64,000 bases of DNA from Kofleriaceae bacterium (lineage in GTDB: Bacteria > Myxococcota_A > Polyangia > Haliangiales > Haliangiaceae): positions 98,574 to 162,573 of the forward strand of contig CBDCCZ010000019.1 of assembly GCA_965215005.1 (NCBI GenBank), written 5' to 3'. A model generated the notes under the pieces. It was not told where the DNA came from. It saw only the letters and a program-made list of their open reading frames with translations, and made no database searches. Below are positions 32,266-42,495 of the stretch, one piece after another (the stretch's first letter is position 1; each line of letters begins with the position of its first letter). The translations under genes and the position numbers were made by a program.

Positions 32266-33381
32266 ATGAAGACCAATTCTTGGCCCTTGAGCGCACTGCT
32301 CATCCTATTGCTCGTCGGCTGCGGTGGACGAGACAAAGGAGCGGGCACCACGCCGGCCGGCGGCGCCGATGGGCAGGGGATGGACGATCAAAATCCGGTT
32401 GGCACCGGCGTGACCCCGGGAAGCGCGGGAGAGCCGGGTGCCGATCAGCCTGCCGATGGAAGCGATCCAGGCATCGGCGACGACTCCGTCGCCGGCGTGG
32501 ATACGGGCTCAGAGCCGGCTCCTGGACTAGCGCCGCCAAACCTCGACGCCGATCCTGCGGAAGTCAAGCAGGTGGTTTCTCAGCATTTGCAAGCCGGCGA
32601 GAAAGCCCTCAGCGGCAGCAAGCGCGATCCAGACGAGGCGCTCAAGCAGGCGCGGCTGGCGTTAGAGGCCGACGCAACCAGCATCGACGCCGCTGTTCTT
32701 CTGGCTCTCGCGTACTACCACAAGCGACTCTACGACACCGCCGAAGTTGTGCTCGACGTTCTAACCACAGGCAAGGGCGAGCGGCAAGATCGCGCGCAGA
32801 AACACGCTGGCGTCTTCTACGCGTACGGACTCGTCTATGACGCCACCGACAATGACTCGAGGCGGGCGTTCGTGAACTATCAGAAGGCCGTACAGCTCGA
32901 TCCCAGTCACACGAGCGCGCTCATCAACTACGGCGTGCACTTGCTCGAGAACAAGCAGTACGACGAGTCGGTCAAGGTGTTCGAACGGCTCACTGGTCCG
33001 CTCAACCAGAAGACCGCGATCACCTGGACCAATCTCGGGTCGGCGTACCGAGGCCGCTCCGCGAGCTACGACGGAGGCCCGCGCAACGACCTACTCAAGC
33101 GCGCAGAGGCAGCGTACGAACGGGCGCTTCAGCTCGACAAGAACTACGGGCCTGCGTACTACAATCTCGGCCTGTTGTATCTCGACGCGGATAAGTATCC
33201 GGGCCCGAGCGGCCCAATGGACAAGCTCGACCGTCTCAAGCGCGCCAAGAGCTACTTTGAGAAATATCAGTCTGCGGCCGACGTACGGCAGGATCTTCTC
33301 GACGAGCAGATGAAGCTGGTCGTCAAGCTCATCAGTCGCGAAGAGAAATCCCGCAAGCAAAAGAAGGACGCCAACTGGTGA
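32266..33381 (+). CDS. TPR lipoprotein (GltE/AglT-like); alternative in-frame start at 32029
   Basis: LLVGC lipobox; TPRs (YYNLGLLYLD). Confidence 0.8.
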   Translation: MKTNSWPLSALLILLLVGCGGRDKGAGTTPAGGADGQGMDDQNPVGTGVTPGSAGEPGADQPADGSDPGIGDDSVAGVDTGSEPAPGLAPPNLDADPAEVKQVVSQHLQAGEKALSGSKRDPDEALKQARLALEADATSIDAAVLLALAYYHKRLYDTAEVVLDVLTTGKGERQDRAQKHAGVFYAYGLVYDATDNDSRRAFVNYQKAVQLDPSHTSALINYGVHLLENKQYDESVKVFERLTGPLNQKTAITWTNLGSAYRGRSASYDGGPRNDLLKRAEAAYERALQLDKNYGPAYYNLGLLYLDADKYPGPSGPMDKLDRLKRAKSYFEKYQSAADVRQDLLDEQMKLVVKLISREEKSRKQKKDANW

Positions 33382-33704
33382 GGAGGTCTCCTATGAACCG
33401 ACATCTCGTGCGTTGGTCCCTCGCACTGCTCCTCGTCTCGAGCTTCGCGAGCCGAGCCGCACAGGCTGAGCCATGTGGTGAACAGGCCGAAAATGAGGAA
33501 TCCAAGGGTGGAAATTTCGTCGTCAAGGAAGTCGACGGGCAGAAGGTTTACGTGATCAAGGACGCAATTACCGTCTGCGGCAAGGTTCCCCGGCCCAGCG
33601 TGGTGTATGTTCTACAGCCGCGGACCATCAACTATCAGTGGGAGAACCTCAAGCAGGACTTCCTCCCCAAGATCCTCGATTCCGTGAAGAAGGCACCGTT
33701 CTAA
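33378..33704 (+). CDS. GltF/CglF-like small secreted protein
   Basis: Signal peptide; C-terminal GKVPRP...DFLPKILDSVKKAPF. Confidence 0.75.
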   Translation: MRRSPMNRHLVRWSLALLLVSSFASRAAQAEPCGEQAENEESKGGNFVVKEVDGQKVYVIKDAITVCGKVPRPSVVYVLQPRTINYQWENLKQDFLPKILDSVKKAPF

Positions 33705-33708
33705 AGCC

Positions 33709-35133
33709 ATGGCCACCGTTCGACCGCAGGCACACGCGCACTCAGGGGGCGGCCACCGGCCACGCATCCTGCGCATCGGCGTCATTCTCGGCGGCAAGAT
33801 CATCGAGGAGCGTCTGGTCCGCAATCGAAGCGACGTGACCATTGGGCAGTCCTCGAAGAACACGTTCGCGGTGCCGATCGAACAGCTGCCGCGCCAGTGG
33901 CCGCTGTTCGTCGAGCAGAACGGGGTCTACTACCTTCGCTATTCCGAAAAGATGGATGGTCGCCTCTCCACCGGAGAAGGCGTTCACACGCTGGATGCGC
34001 TGAAGGGTCACGGTGCGCAGCAGCAGGGCGATGCTTGGATCATCCAACTCCCTGAGAGCGCGCGCGGAAAAATCAGTCTCGGTGAGATGACGATCCTGTT
34101 TCAGTTCGTCACGGCACCACCGCGGCAGCCACGACCGCAGCTGCCCGCCTCGGTCCGCGGCACCTTCGCCGATCGCATCGACCCGCAGCTCGCTGTCATC
34201 CTGGCGATATCGCTCCTATTCCACACCGGTGTATGGGTCTGGGCGGTCTACTTCCATGATGCGCGCGACAAGTTTCAAGGTCGTACCGCGCGGGTCTACG
34301 AGGAAGAGTTCGCGCCCAATACCGTCGATGTCGTCGAGATACCATTCGATGTCCCGGCGACTCCCACGGACGAAGGCGAAGAGCCCGCCGAGGAGCCGAA
34401 AGACGCGGGCAAAGAGAACAAGCCGCCCGCTGGGGAGCCGTCGCAGAAGCCGCGCGGCGGAGGCGATGATCGGCCCCGCGGTGGCGGTGAATCCAGCGAT
34501 CCAGTCAGGGCCGACGAGGCAGTGGCGGCCTACGTCGACAGCTTGTTCTCTGATGAAGAAGACGCTGAGGGTGGTATCGGCGGCATGAATCGTCGCAAGC
34601 CGGGAACCGACCTGCAGAGCCAGATCGATCACGTGAAGGACTCCAACGCGCGTGTCGAAGCAGGTGGCGGACGCAGTGACACCGGTCCGCGTCAAGGTCG
34701 CGACGCTGTGGCGGGCACCGGCAAAGGCCCTGCTCTTGGCGAACCAGGCGGAACCACCTCGAGCGGCCCCGTAGGCAGTGATCGCGTGCCGCAGGGACGC
34801 ATCAATCTAGGAGAGTCGGCGAGCCTCGATGAGACCTCTCTGACGCCGGATTTGGTGCTAGCAAAGATTCGCTCGGCTTACATGGCCGGCCTGCAACGCT
34901 GTCAAAAGGACCTGCTCAAGCGCGATCCATCGGCAACAGGACGCGTAACGCTGCAGTTCATGGTCGGCGAGAGCGGTCGCGTGACCAAGGCCAAAGTAGA
35001 CGGCTTCGATCCCGCGGTATCGGCGTGCATCCATAGCCGTGTCATGGGCTGGCGCTTTGGCGTTCCCAAGGACTCGGATGGCGACACGACCAGCGCGACC
35101 TTCCGAATCACGCTAGCGCTTCAAGCCGGGTAG
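33709..35133 (+). CDS. GltG/PglI-like protein (N-terminal FHA-like region, TM, TonB-C-like AgmX/PglI domain)
   Basis: ILFQFV, a TM helix, a G/P-rich linker and C-terminal CQKDLLKRDP...GRVTLQF...GRV...C. Confidence 0.8.
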   Translation: MATVRPQAHAHSGGGHRPRILRIGVILGGKIIEERLVRNRSDVTIGQSSKNTFAVPIEQLPRQWPLFVEQNGVYYLRYSEKMDGRLSTGEGVHTLDALKGHGAQQQGDAWIIQLPESARGKISLGEMTILFQFVTAPPRQPRPQLPASVRGTFADRIDPQLAVILAISLLFHTGVWVWAVYFHDARDKFQGRTARVYEEEFAPNTVDVVEIPFDVPATPTDEGEEPAEEPKDAGKENKPPAGEPSQKPRGGGDDRPRGGGESSDPVRADEAVAAYVDSLFSDEEDAEGGIGGMNRRKPGTDLQSQIDHVKDSNARVEAGGGRSDTGPRQGRDAVAGTGKGPALGEPGGTTSSGPVGSDRVPQGRINLGESASLDETSLTPDLVLAKIRSAYMAGLQRCQKDLLKRDPSATGRVTLQFMVGESGRVTKAKVDGFDPAVSACIHSRVMGWRFGVPKDSDGDTTSATFRITLALQAG

Positions 35134-35229
35134 CTCCGCCCAGGTGCGCCCCGCGGTGCCGGCGGCGCGACCAACGTTTCTTCGCTAGGGACACGAGCGC
35201 CCGCGGGACACCGCAGGTACCTTCGAGCC

Positions 35230-35694
35230 ATGCGGAGAATCTGCCTTTTCATCGGAGCCATGGCGTTGGCCGCGACTACGGGCTGCAAGGACGATGCGGC
35301 CCAGGCGCCTTCAAAACAGCCAGTAAAGACACGATTCGAGGTGGGCGCGATGTCGACCACCCTCGTCGTGCCCACTGGGTTTCGAGTCGAGGAAGTAACG
35401 GCGGTCAACGCAGCTGACCGCCACGTTCGGCTAGCGAGCGACGAGGTCCGCCTCGTGCTTCGGCCGGTCGAGCAGTGCGCGCCAGCACCCGCCGATGCCC
35501 GCGTAGTGCGGCAGCAAGAAACGCCGGGTGGCGTGGTGACGCACTATCAGCGGCAACGCAATGGTTCGCTGGACGACGTGGTCATCGCCTGCGTTCAGCT
35601 GGGCGACGTTGCCGCCGCCTGTGAGCTCGAGCAAGGTGGCGGCGCACCCGCTGCAGCCGTCGCCTTCGAGGTCTGTGGAACGCTTGGCAGATGA
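35230..35694 (+). CDS. Hypothetical lipoprotein
   Basis: ATTGC lipobox-like signal. Confidence 0.65.
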   Translation: MRRICLFIGAMALAATTGCKDDAAQAPSKQPVKTRFEVGAMSTTLVVPTGFRVEEVTAVNAADRHVRLASDEVRLVLRPVEQCAPAPADARVVRQQETPGGVVTHYQRQRNGSLDDVVIACVQLGDVAAACELEQGGGAPAAAVAFEVCGTLGR

Positions 35695-35802
35695 ACGCGG
35701 CAGCCCGCCGAAGCACTGTTGTTGATCCATCCGGGCGGCATTCTGTACTTTCCCTCCCCCAGCCGCCCTGCCATCGGCTCCTACTCATGAGCGCGCGCGA
35801 CA

Positions 35803-37578
35803 ATGAGCACTGAAATTGCCATCACTCTTGCGGTAACCGCGTTGACCATCGCGGCGTTGGCCGTTGAGCTGGCCTCGGCTGATGTGGTGTTCATGGCCGC
35901 CATCACCGTCTTGCTGCTCGCGGGCGTGATCACTCCTATCGAGGCCGCCGGCGCCTTTGGCAACGAGGCTGTCATCGTCATCGCGGTGCTGTTCGTCATT
36001 GGCGAAGGCGTGCGCCGCACCGGAGTTCTCGTATACGTCGCGGATCTCGTGTTGGGCGCCACCGCCCGGCGCGAACCGCTATTTCGCCTCATGCTGCCCG
36101 CCGCCGCCATGAGCGCCTTTCTCAACAACACGCTGATCGTCGCCATGCTCACTCCGGCGGTGCTGGATTGGTGCAAGCGCAAGAACATGGCGCCCTCGCG
36201 CATGCTCATGCCGCTATCATTCGCCACCATCCTCGGCGGCGTCTGTACCTTGATCGGTACCTCCACCAACCTCGTGGTCGACGGTTTGATGCTGAAGACC
36301 GACATGCAACGGCTCGGCATGTTCGAGCTCACGTGGATCGGCGTTCCTGTCGCCGTCGCCGGTGTGGCTTTCATTTGGGTAGCGGGCCGCGCTCTGCTTC
36401 CCGATCGTCGCGATCCAGTCACCCAGCTCGGCGAAGAAAAGCGCGAGTTCCTCGTCGAGCTGCTCGTCGAAGCCGGCAGCCGTCTCGATGGTCGTTCGGT
36501 GGGAGAAGCCGGTTTACGCAACCTGCCAGGCCTTTTCATGGTCAACCGCCAACGCGATGGCGATTTCTTAGGGGCGCCCGCTCCTGCCGATATTCTCCGC
36601 GGCGGCGATCGCTTGGTCTTTGCCGGCGTCGCCGCGAGCGTCATCGAGCTGCGACGAATTCCTGGCCTCTCGCCGGCTCCAGAGGCGCACTACGATCCGC
36701 TCGCCGCCGGCCGTCGCGATCACTTATTCGAGACTGTCGTCTCAGCGTCGTCGCCGCTCGTCGGCACCACCATCAAGGACATCGGCTTTCGCAGCCGCTA
36801 CGATGCCGCGGTCATCGCCGTGCATCGCGCCGGCCGCCGCCTCGATCTCAAGCTCGGCGAGGTCGAGCTGCGCGCTGGCGACACGCTCATGTTAGAAGCC
36901 GACCGCGGCTTTGCCGATCGCTGGGGCAATAGTGGCGACTTCGCACTCGTTGCACGCGCCAGCGCCGAGCCGGCGCCAAAACTCAACCGCGCCCCTCACG
37001 TCGTGATACTCGTCGTCGGCCTCGTCGCCACCGTCGCGGCCGGATGGCTTTCCGTACTCACCGCAGCATTCGCGGCGATCGGCCTGATGCTGCTCCTGCG
37101 CATCCTCACCCCCGCCGAAGCCCGCCGCTCGATCCGCTTGAGCGTGCTCATCACCATCGCCGCCGCACTCGCCTTGGGGCAAGCCCTGGAGTCGAGCGGC
37201 ACGGCCGCACTCCTTGCCCGCTGGCTCATCGACCTAGCCGGCGCCGCCAGCCCACGAATGCTTCTGCTCATCGCAACCACGTTGACCGTCGCCATAACCG
37301 GCCTAGTCACCAACGTCGCCGCAGCAGCCCTCATCTTTCCAATCGTCGTCGACGCCGCTCAACTTGCCGGCTACGCCCCTCGCCCCTTTGCCATTGCCGT
37401 GGCCATTGGCGCTAGTGCCAGCTTTCTCACCCCGTTCGGCTATCAAACCAACCTGATGGTCTACGGCCCTGGTGGCTACAAGTTCAGCGACTTTCCCCGC
37501 CTCGGCGTCCCTCTCACCGTCATCGTCATCGCCGTCGTCGTCGTCACGATTCCCGCCGTTTGGCCCCTCATGCCGTAA
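35803..37578 (+). CDS. SLC13 family permease with two TrkA-C domains
   Basis: [21 protein letters not shown] and GGYKFSDF motifs. Confidence 0.93.
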   Translation: MSTEIAITLAVTALTIAALAVELASADVVFMAAITVLLLAGVITPIEAAGAFGNEAVIVIAVLFVIGEGVRRTGVLVYVADLVLGATARREPLFRLMLPAAAMSAFLNNTLIVAMLTPAVLDWCKRKNMAPSRMLMPLSFATILGGVCTLIGTSTNLVVDGLMLKTDMQRLGMFELTWIGVPVAVAGVAFIWVAGRALLPDRRDPVTQLGEEKREFLVELLVEAGSRLDGRSVGEAGLRNLPGLFMVNRQRDGDFLGAPAPADILRGGDRLVFAGVAASVIELRRIPGLSPAPEAHYDPLAAGRRDHLFETVVSASSPLVGTTIKDIGFRSRYDAAVIAVHRAGRRLDLKLGEVELRAGDTLMLEADRGFADRWGNSGDFALVARASAEPAPKLNRAPHVVILVVGLVATVAAGWLSVLTAAFAAIGLMLLLRILTPAEARRSIRLSVLITIAAALALGQALESSGTAALLARWLIDLAGAASPRMLLLIATTLTVAITGLVTNVAAAALIFPIVVDAAQLAGYAPRPFAIAVAIGASASFLTPFGYQTNLMVYGPGGYKFSDFPRLGVPLTVIVIAVVVVTIPAVWPLMP

Positions 37579-37626
37579 CGCCCAATCCCGCCGCGCGACC
37601 TAAAGAGCGCATGAGCGGTCCACTCT

Positions 37627-38847
37627 TCAGCGGGTCACAGACGGCCCGACGAGTGACATGGCCGTATTATGCCAACGAAAGCGCGAGGGGCTTACGCCAC
37701 CGTAGAAGGTGATCAGACGCGGGAATCCAACGTAACACTCGTTTACCGCGGAGAGATTCTGGTCATCGGCGCCGGCCCAACCGAAGACGCCTTCGCCGCC
37801 GTGCCGAAACACGTTCCCCACCAAGCTGATGAACCCACCGTAGCTCGAGAACGTTATGACTCCTTCGGAGTGTTCCATCTGCGCATCGCCCGCCATATTC
37901 ACGTTCTCTACATAGTTGGCGGTGATCAGATCGAGCGGAGGAACCTCGCCCCAAGGGCAGGACTTGTGCACGAACGAGCCATTGAGGTCGAACGCGACGT
38001 TGTCCGAGATGATCGCGCCACAGGAAGCGATCGTCTCGGAGGGCGAATCGAAGAACACCGAGTTCTGCACGCGATTGTTTCCACGAATGCTCAACGCATT
38101 GTTGTGTCGCCAGTCGACGGTGAACGCATTGCAGCGCGCGTTCCCATCGAAAATCATCGAGTCGATGACGATCCCCTCTGTGTAGGTCGTGCTGCCTTGC
38201 GCAAGATTGAAGGTTGCATACACCGCTGCGCCTATTGGAGCCGCGAACGTAATCGGGCGTGGACCGCACAGCGTCTGAGCCTCAGCGTCGACATCCACGG
38301 CGGCGAACTTCCCGAGTGACCCCCAGTAGGTCGAGTCGCGACTGATCGTCACACCTGCTCCATCGAATCCTTCCGTAGAGCTCACGTGAAGACACACGTC
38401 CCCAACAGACGCAGCGGCAGTAAGCGTCGTGTGCGGCGTGCAGCGACGACGCAAGCCGCCGCCCGTATACATCACCCCGGAATACAGGATGAGCGGACCG
38501 GACGTCTCGTAGATCTCCTCCAGGACCACGGCGCCGCCCACCCGTGCAGCATCGCCGCCCGCGTGACGAATGGCATCATGAGGAGCCGGATGCTCACCAA
38601 GGTAATCTCGCACGTAAAACAACGAGCGAGACCCGGTGTCGCCTGGTGGCAGCGGCCGAGCCGTGTCGAGTCGTTCGGGCGGATAGAGACACTCTCCATC
38701 GCGCATCTTTCCCGCGTTGCAGTCTCCGCAGTCCTCCTCGATCGCGTCCTCCTCGCTCGCCGCCGCGACGGGTACCTGAACGCGCGAGACCTGCTCCTCG
38801 CACCCCGCCAAACCTAAGAGTGCAAACGCAGCTATCAGCTTCTTCAT
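37627..38847 (-). CDS. Hypothetical lipoprotein with probable beta-helix region
   Basis: MKKLIAAFALLGLAGC signal; Asn-rich beta-helix-like C-terminus. Confidence 0.7.
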   Translation of the reverse strand: MKKLIAAFALLGLAGCEEQVSRVQVPVAAASEEDAIEEDCGDCNAGKMRDGECLYPPERLDTARPLPPGDTGSRSLFYVRDYLGEHPAPHDAIRHAGGDAARVGGAVVLEEIYETSGPLILYSGVMYTGGGLRRRCTPHTTLTAAASVGDVCLHVSSTEGFDGAGVTISRDSTYWGSLGKFAAVDVDAEAQTLCGPRPITFAAPIGAAVYATFNLAQGSTTYTEGIVIDSMIFDGNARCNAFTVDWRHNNALSIRGNNRVQNSVFFDSPSETIASCGAIISDNVAFDLNGSFVHKSCPWGEVPPLDLITANYVENVNMAGDAQMEHSEGVITFSSYGGFISLVGNVFRHGGEGVFGWAGADDQNLSAVNECYVGFPRLITFYGGVSPSRFRWHNTAMSLVGPSVTR

Positions 38848-39184
38848 GTGACCCCGCTCGTGCTTCACGCTTCGTGAGCGTAACCAGCACCATACGCTAA
38901 ACGCCAGCTGTTGCCGAAGATGTTCACGGTGACCACAAAAGCAAGAGCGGACGCCAATCAACTCATGACGTCGCCAAGCCCAATGCACCCGCACCGGTTG
39001 CCAGTTTTGTTGAACCAATCTCCCGGCGTGAAGGGGAAACATCCACTCCATCTCACTCGCCAGGCCAACGACTCTCGACCAATGCGATTCGGCCCGCCGC
39101 GCGCACACGGCGCATCGAGGAACACCGCACCGGAAGTGGCTCGGCACCTTGCGGCTATCCTGTGCCCGCAGGGTATCTGCTCGA

Positions 39185-39236
39185 CGGGAGGTGTGGTCGG
39201 CATTTGCTTCCGGGAAGTGTGGTCGGCATTTGCTTC
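39185..39236. repeat. 26-bp tandem duplication
   Basis: CGGGARGTGTGGTCGGCATTTGCTTC x2. Confidence 0.9.
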
Positions 39237-39423
39237 TATGAGGCTTGAATGAGACGAGCGGCGAGTGCCTGCCCGTTGAAGGTCATTCCGCTGCCGGCCG
39301 CAAGGCACGATCCCCGTCGCCACGCATGGGCGAGGACTGTGGGCCGGTAAGGGGGCGGGGGCGTGAACGGTGCGTAGGCAGCAGGCATCGAAGTAAATCG
39401 AGTCCCGCGCTTGCGGGGCATCG

Positions 39424-40050
39424 ATGAGCCCTCTACCCTCCCCGAATTCGTCTATGTCGACGCCTCGTACGATACCGTTCGCCCTCGCGTTTCTCGTCTG
39501 CGCTGCAGCGTGCGGGGATCCGCCGCCGAGTGATTATCCAACGCAGCAGGTTTATGAGGAGGACACGACGCTGGGGCCTGGCGATGTGTTCGAGGTGCGG
39601 GTGTATCAGCAGCAGGCGATGACGAACACGTACTCGGTGAGCTCCGAGGGGACGATCATGTTTCCGTTGATCGGGGTGGTCGAGGTGAGCGGAAAGACGC
39701 CGGCAGCGGTGGAGCGCAACATCGCGGAGCGGCTCGGGAACGGCTACATCGTCGACCCGCAGGTGTCGATCCTGGTGAAGGATTACAAGTCGAAAAAGAT
39801 TTCGGTGTTTGGACAGGTGCAAGAGCCAGGGACGCTCACGTACAGCGAGGGCATGACCATCATCGAGGCGATCTCGCAGGCCGGAGGTTTTACCGGGATG
39901 GCGCGTCGCAACGCGGTCTCCGTGACCCGCAAGGTCAAGGAGGAGACGAAAAAGTTCACGGTCCCGGTGGAGTCGATCGGCACCGGTGGCTATCCGCAGT
40001 TCTACGTGCGCCCGGGGGATGTCGTGTTCGTTCCCGAGCGGCTTTTCTGA
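39424..40050 (+). CDS. Short OPX polysaccharide export lipoprotein (Wza-like; Poly_export + SLBB)
   Basis: LGPGD...FPLIG...DPQVS...GQV..PG...AGG motifs; ends PERLF. Confidence 0.9.
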   Translation: MSPLPSPNSSMSTPRTIPFALAFLVCAAACGDPPPSDYPTQQVYEEDTTLGPGDVFEVRVYQQQAMTNTYSVSSEGTIMFPLIGVVEVSGKTPAAVERNIAERLGNGYIVDPQVSILVKDYKSKKISVFGQVQEPGTLTYSEGMTIIEAISQAGGFTGMARRNAVSVTRKVKEETKKFTVPVESIGTGGYPQFYVRPGDVVFVPERLF

Positions 40051-40057
40051 GCAATTG

Positions 40058-42397
40058 ATGCGTCAGCGGGACTGGATCGCGGCGGGGCTGGTCGCGCTCG
40101 CGCTCACGTTCGCGGTGTTTGCGCTGGCGTCCGGGCCGCGCTGGGCGGTGTGCATCACGGCGCTGCTGTCGCTGGCTGCGGTGACACCGCAGCTCGGCTC
40201 GCGGCGAACGCTGCCGTGGCGCGAGCCGCTCCTGGTGTTGATCGCTCTCGCGGCCGGCTTCACGGCGATGCAGCTCGTCTGGTTACCGATGCCGCTCTTG
40301 AGCGTGCTCGCGCCGGGCAAGCACGCCCTCGTAACCGGCAATGCGCTGGCGTTGGGCGTTGATGCGCCGAGCTTTGCGCCAATCTCCTGGGATCCGCCGG
40401 CGACCGCGGTGGAGCTCGCCAAACTCGGCGGCTACCTGGCCTTTAGCTACGCGCTCCTGCGACTGGCCGCGCGGCCACTAGGGCGATCGGTGCTCGCCGG
40501 ACTCGTGGTCATCATCGCAGCCGCGGTTGCGCTCACAGCGTTGATCCACGAAGCGCTCGGCCTCAAGGAGCTCTTTGGGGTGTACGCGCCGAAGTACGGC
40601 GGCCGCCTTCACTACCTCGCTCCACTGCTCAACGAAAATCATCTCTCCGGTCTGTTGGCGATGGTGACGCCGGTGGCTGTGGCGCTGGCAGTCGCCGACG
40701 ACGGCCGACGCAAAGCCCTTTGGTGCGGAGCCACCGCACTAACCGCCGGAGTCGCGTTGCTGTCGATGTCGCGAGGCGGCGCGGTGGCCTTGGTGTTGGG
40801 ACTCTTGCTCCTGACCATTTTTCTCGTCTTGCAGCGCCGGCGCACGGGCCGCGACGATAAGAAAACGCTTCCCGCCGCGGTGGCCGTTCCCGCGGCAGCC
40901 GTCATTCTCTGCGCAATCGTCCTGCTCCTCACGTTCACTGCCGGCGGCGTTCGCGGCGAGTTCGCGCGCACCGGCGCCGACGAGCTTTCGGCTCGAGAAA
41001 GCAAGATTGGCCTGTGGCGCGAATCGATCGCGCTCATCGGCGATAGCCTCTGGGTGGGTATCGGGCGCGGCGCCTTCGAGCAGGCCATCACCCACGTGCA
41101 CGGCGACAACGCCCGCAGTTACTCCCACGTCGAAAATGAGACCCTGCAGGCGACCATCGACTGGGGCATCCCAGCGATGACCGCGCTGCTCTTGGCGCTC
41201 GGCTGGGTCCTGGCGCGCGCGGTTGGCAACTGGCGCGCGGGTCCCATCGAGGCTGGGTCGCTGGCCGGAGTCATCGCCATTGGGCTGCAGAATCAAGCCG
41301 ACTTTAGCCTCGAGCTTCCGGGGGTGGCGATGCCGGCGCTAATCCTCACAGCCATCGCCACGCAGCCGGCGCTGCGCACCGTCTCCACCAAAGCCGTGCC
41401 GCGGCTCGTGCTGGTTCGTTCGGGCGCGCTCGCCCTCGGCCTCCTGGTGGTCATCTTGGCAGCTTCGCCATTCGGCCAACAGGCGCGGCAGGAGACGCTA
41501 GCGGTGCAGCGACAGCTCCGGGCACAGGGAGCGGGACACGCCGATAGCATGACCGTGGCTCTCGAGGCCTTTCGCCGGCATCCGGCGGATTTCGTCGCCC
41601 CGGCGCTGGTCGCTCAGGCGCTGTTCGCTCAGCGTGATCCACGCGCGGTGACGCTAGCCAATCGCGCGCTCGCGGCCAATCCGCAGCACGCAGAGTTGCA
41701 TTTTCTCGTGGCGCGAATGCTCGAGCAATCGCAGCAACCGGAGCAGTCGCTCATCGAGTTCCGGCTGGCCATCAGCGCCGCACCGCAACCGCGGCCGATC
41801 CTCGAGCACCTGTTGGCGCGGTTTCCCGAGCGCGCCGCCGAAGGAATGCCGCTCGACCTCGCCATCGCGCCGCGGCTCGTCGCCATGCTCGCCAGCCTCG
41901 GCCGCAACGACATCGCTGAGCGCTATGCGGCGCAGCTCACGACGGTGGCGCCACAGCGCCCCGAAGCCCATATTCTTCTCGCAGAGGCGGCCGCGCGCGG
42001 CAAATCCTGGCGTCGTGCCGCCGACGCCGCCGCCTTTGCCTATCGGCTGCGGCCCGCCCCCGAGCCGGCGCTGCTCCGTGCAAATGCCGAGCTCGCACTC
42101 GGCAACGCACAGACGGCGGTCGCCGTGCTCTCCGAAACCATCGCTGACGTCGAGCGCCGCGGCGGGCACCGCCTCTATGCAATGGTGATGCTACTGGCGC
42201 GGGCAGCTAGCGCAGCGGGCGATCTGCAGCAGGCAAAGCAGGCCGCCGAACGCGCCAAACAACTGGCGGGAGCTGACCGTCAACGGCGCATTCAGGCGCA
42301 CTTACTGCTCGCACGCATTCAGCGCGAGCTCGGCAATCGCAATCAAGCGACATGGGAAGAGCGCGAGGCTGCCCAGCTTCGCGATGGACTTCCCTGA
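40058..42397 (+). CDS. O-antigen ligase/Wzy_C family membrane protein with C-terminal TPRs
   Basis: NENH, SRGG, GIGRGAF and HVEN motifs; many TM helices. Confidence 0.85.
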   Translation: MRQRDWIAAGLVALALTFAVFALASGPRWAVCITALLSLAAVTPQLGSRRTLPWREPLLVLIALAAGFTAMQLVWLPMPLLSVLAPGKHALVTGNALALGVDAPSFAPISWDPPATAVELAKLGGYLAFSYALLRLAARPLGRSVLAGLVVIIAAAVALTALIHEALGLKELFGVYAPKYGGRLHYLAPLLNENHLSGLLAMVTPVAVALAVADDGRRKALWCGATALTAGVALLSMSRGGAVALVLGLLLLTIFLVLQRRRTGRDDKKTLPAAVAVPAAAVILCAIVLLLTFTAGGVRGEFARTGADELSARESKIGLWRESIALIGDSLWVGIGRGAFEQAITHVHGDNARSYSHVENETLQATIDWGIPAMTALLLALGWVLARAVGNWRAGPIEAGSLAGVIAIGLQNQADFSLELPGVAMPALILTAIATQPALRTVSTKAVPRLVLVRSGALALGLLVVILAASPFGQQARQETLAVQRQLRAQGAGHADSMTVALEAFRRHPADFVAPALVAQALFAQRDPRAVTLANRALAANPQHAELHFLVARMLEQSQQPEQSLIEFRLAISAAPQPRPILEHLLARFPERAAEGMPLDLAIAPRLVAMLASLGRNDIAERYAAQLTTVAPQRPEAHILLAEAAARGKSWRRAADAAAFAYRLRPAPEPALLRANAELALGNAQTAVAVLSETIADVERRGGHRLYAMVMLLARAASAAGDLQQAKQAAERAKQLAGADRQRRIQAHLLLARIQRELGNRNQATWEEREAAQLRDGLP

Positions 42398-42495
42398 GGG
42401 CCCGTTTCGTGCGATTGACCACACGCTGGTCCGTCGACATCGGCTCGAGAATGAACCAAGCTAGCGCCGCCGACATCTAGTCCCCGAGGTTTCCC

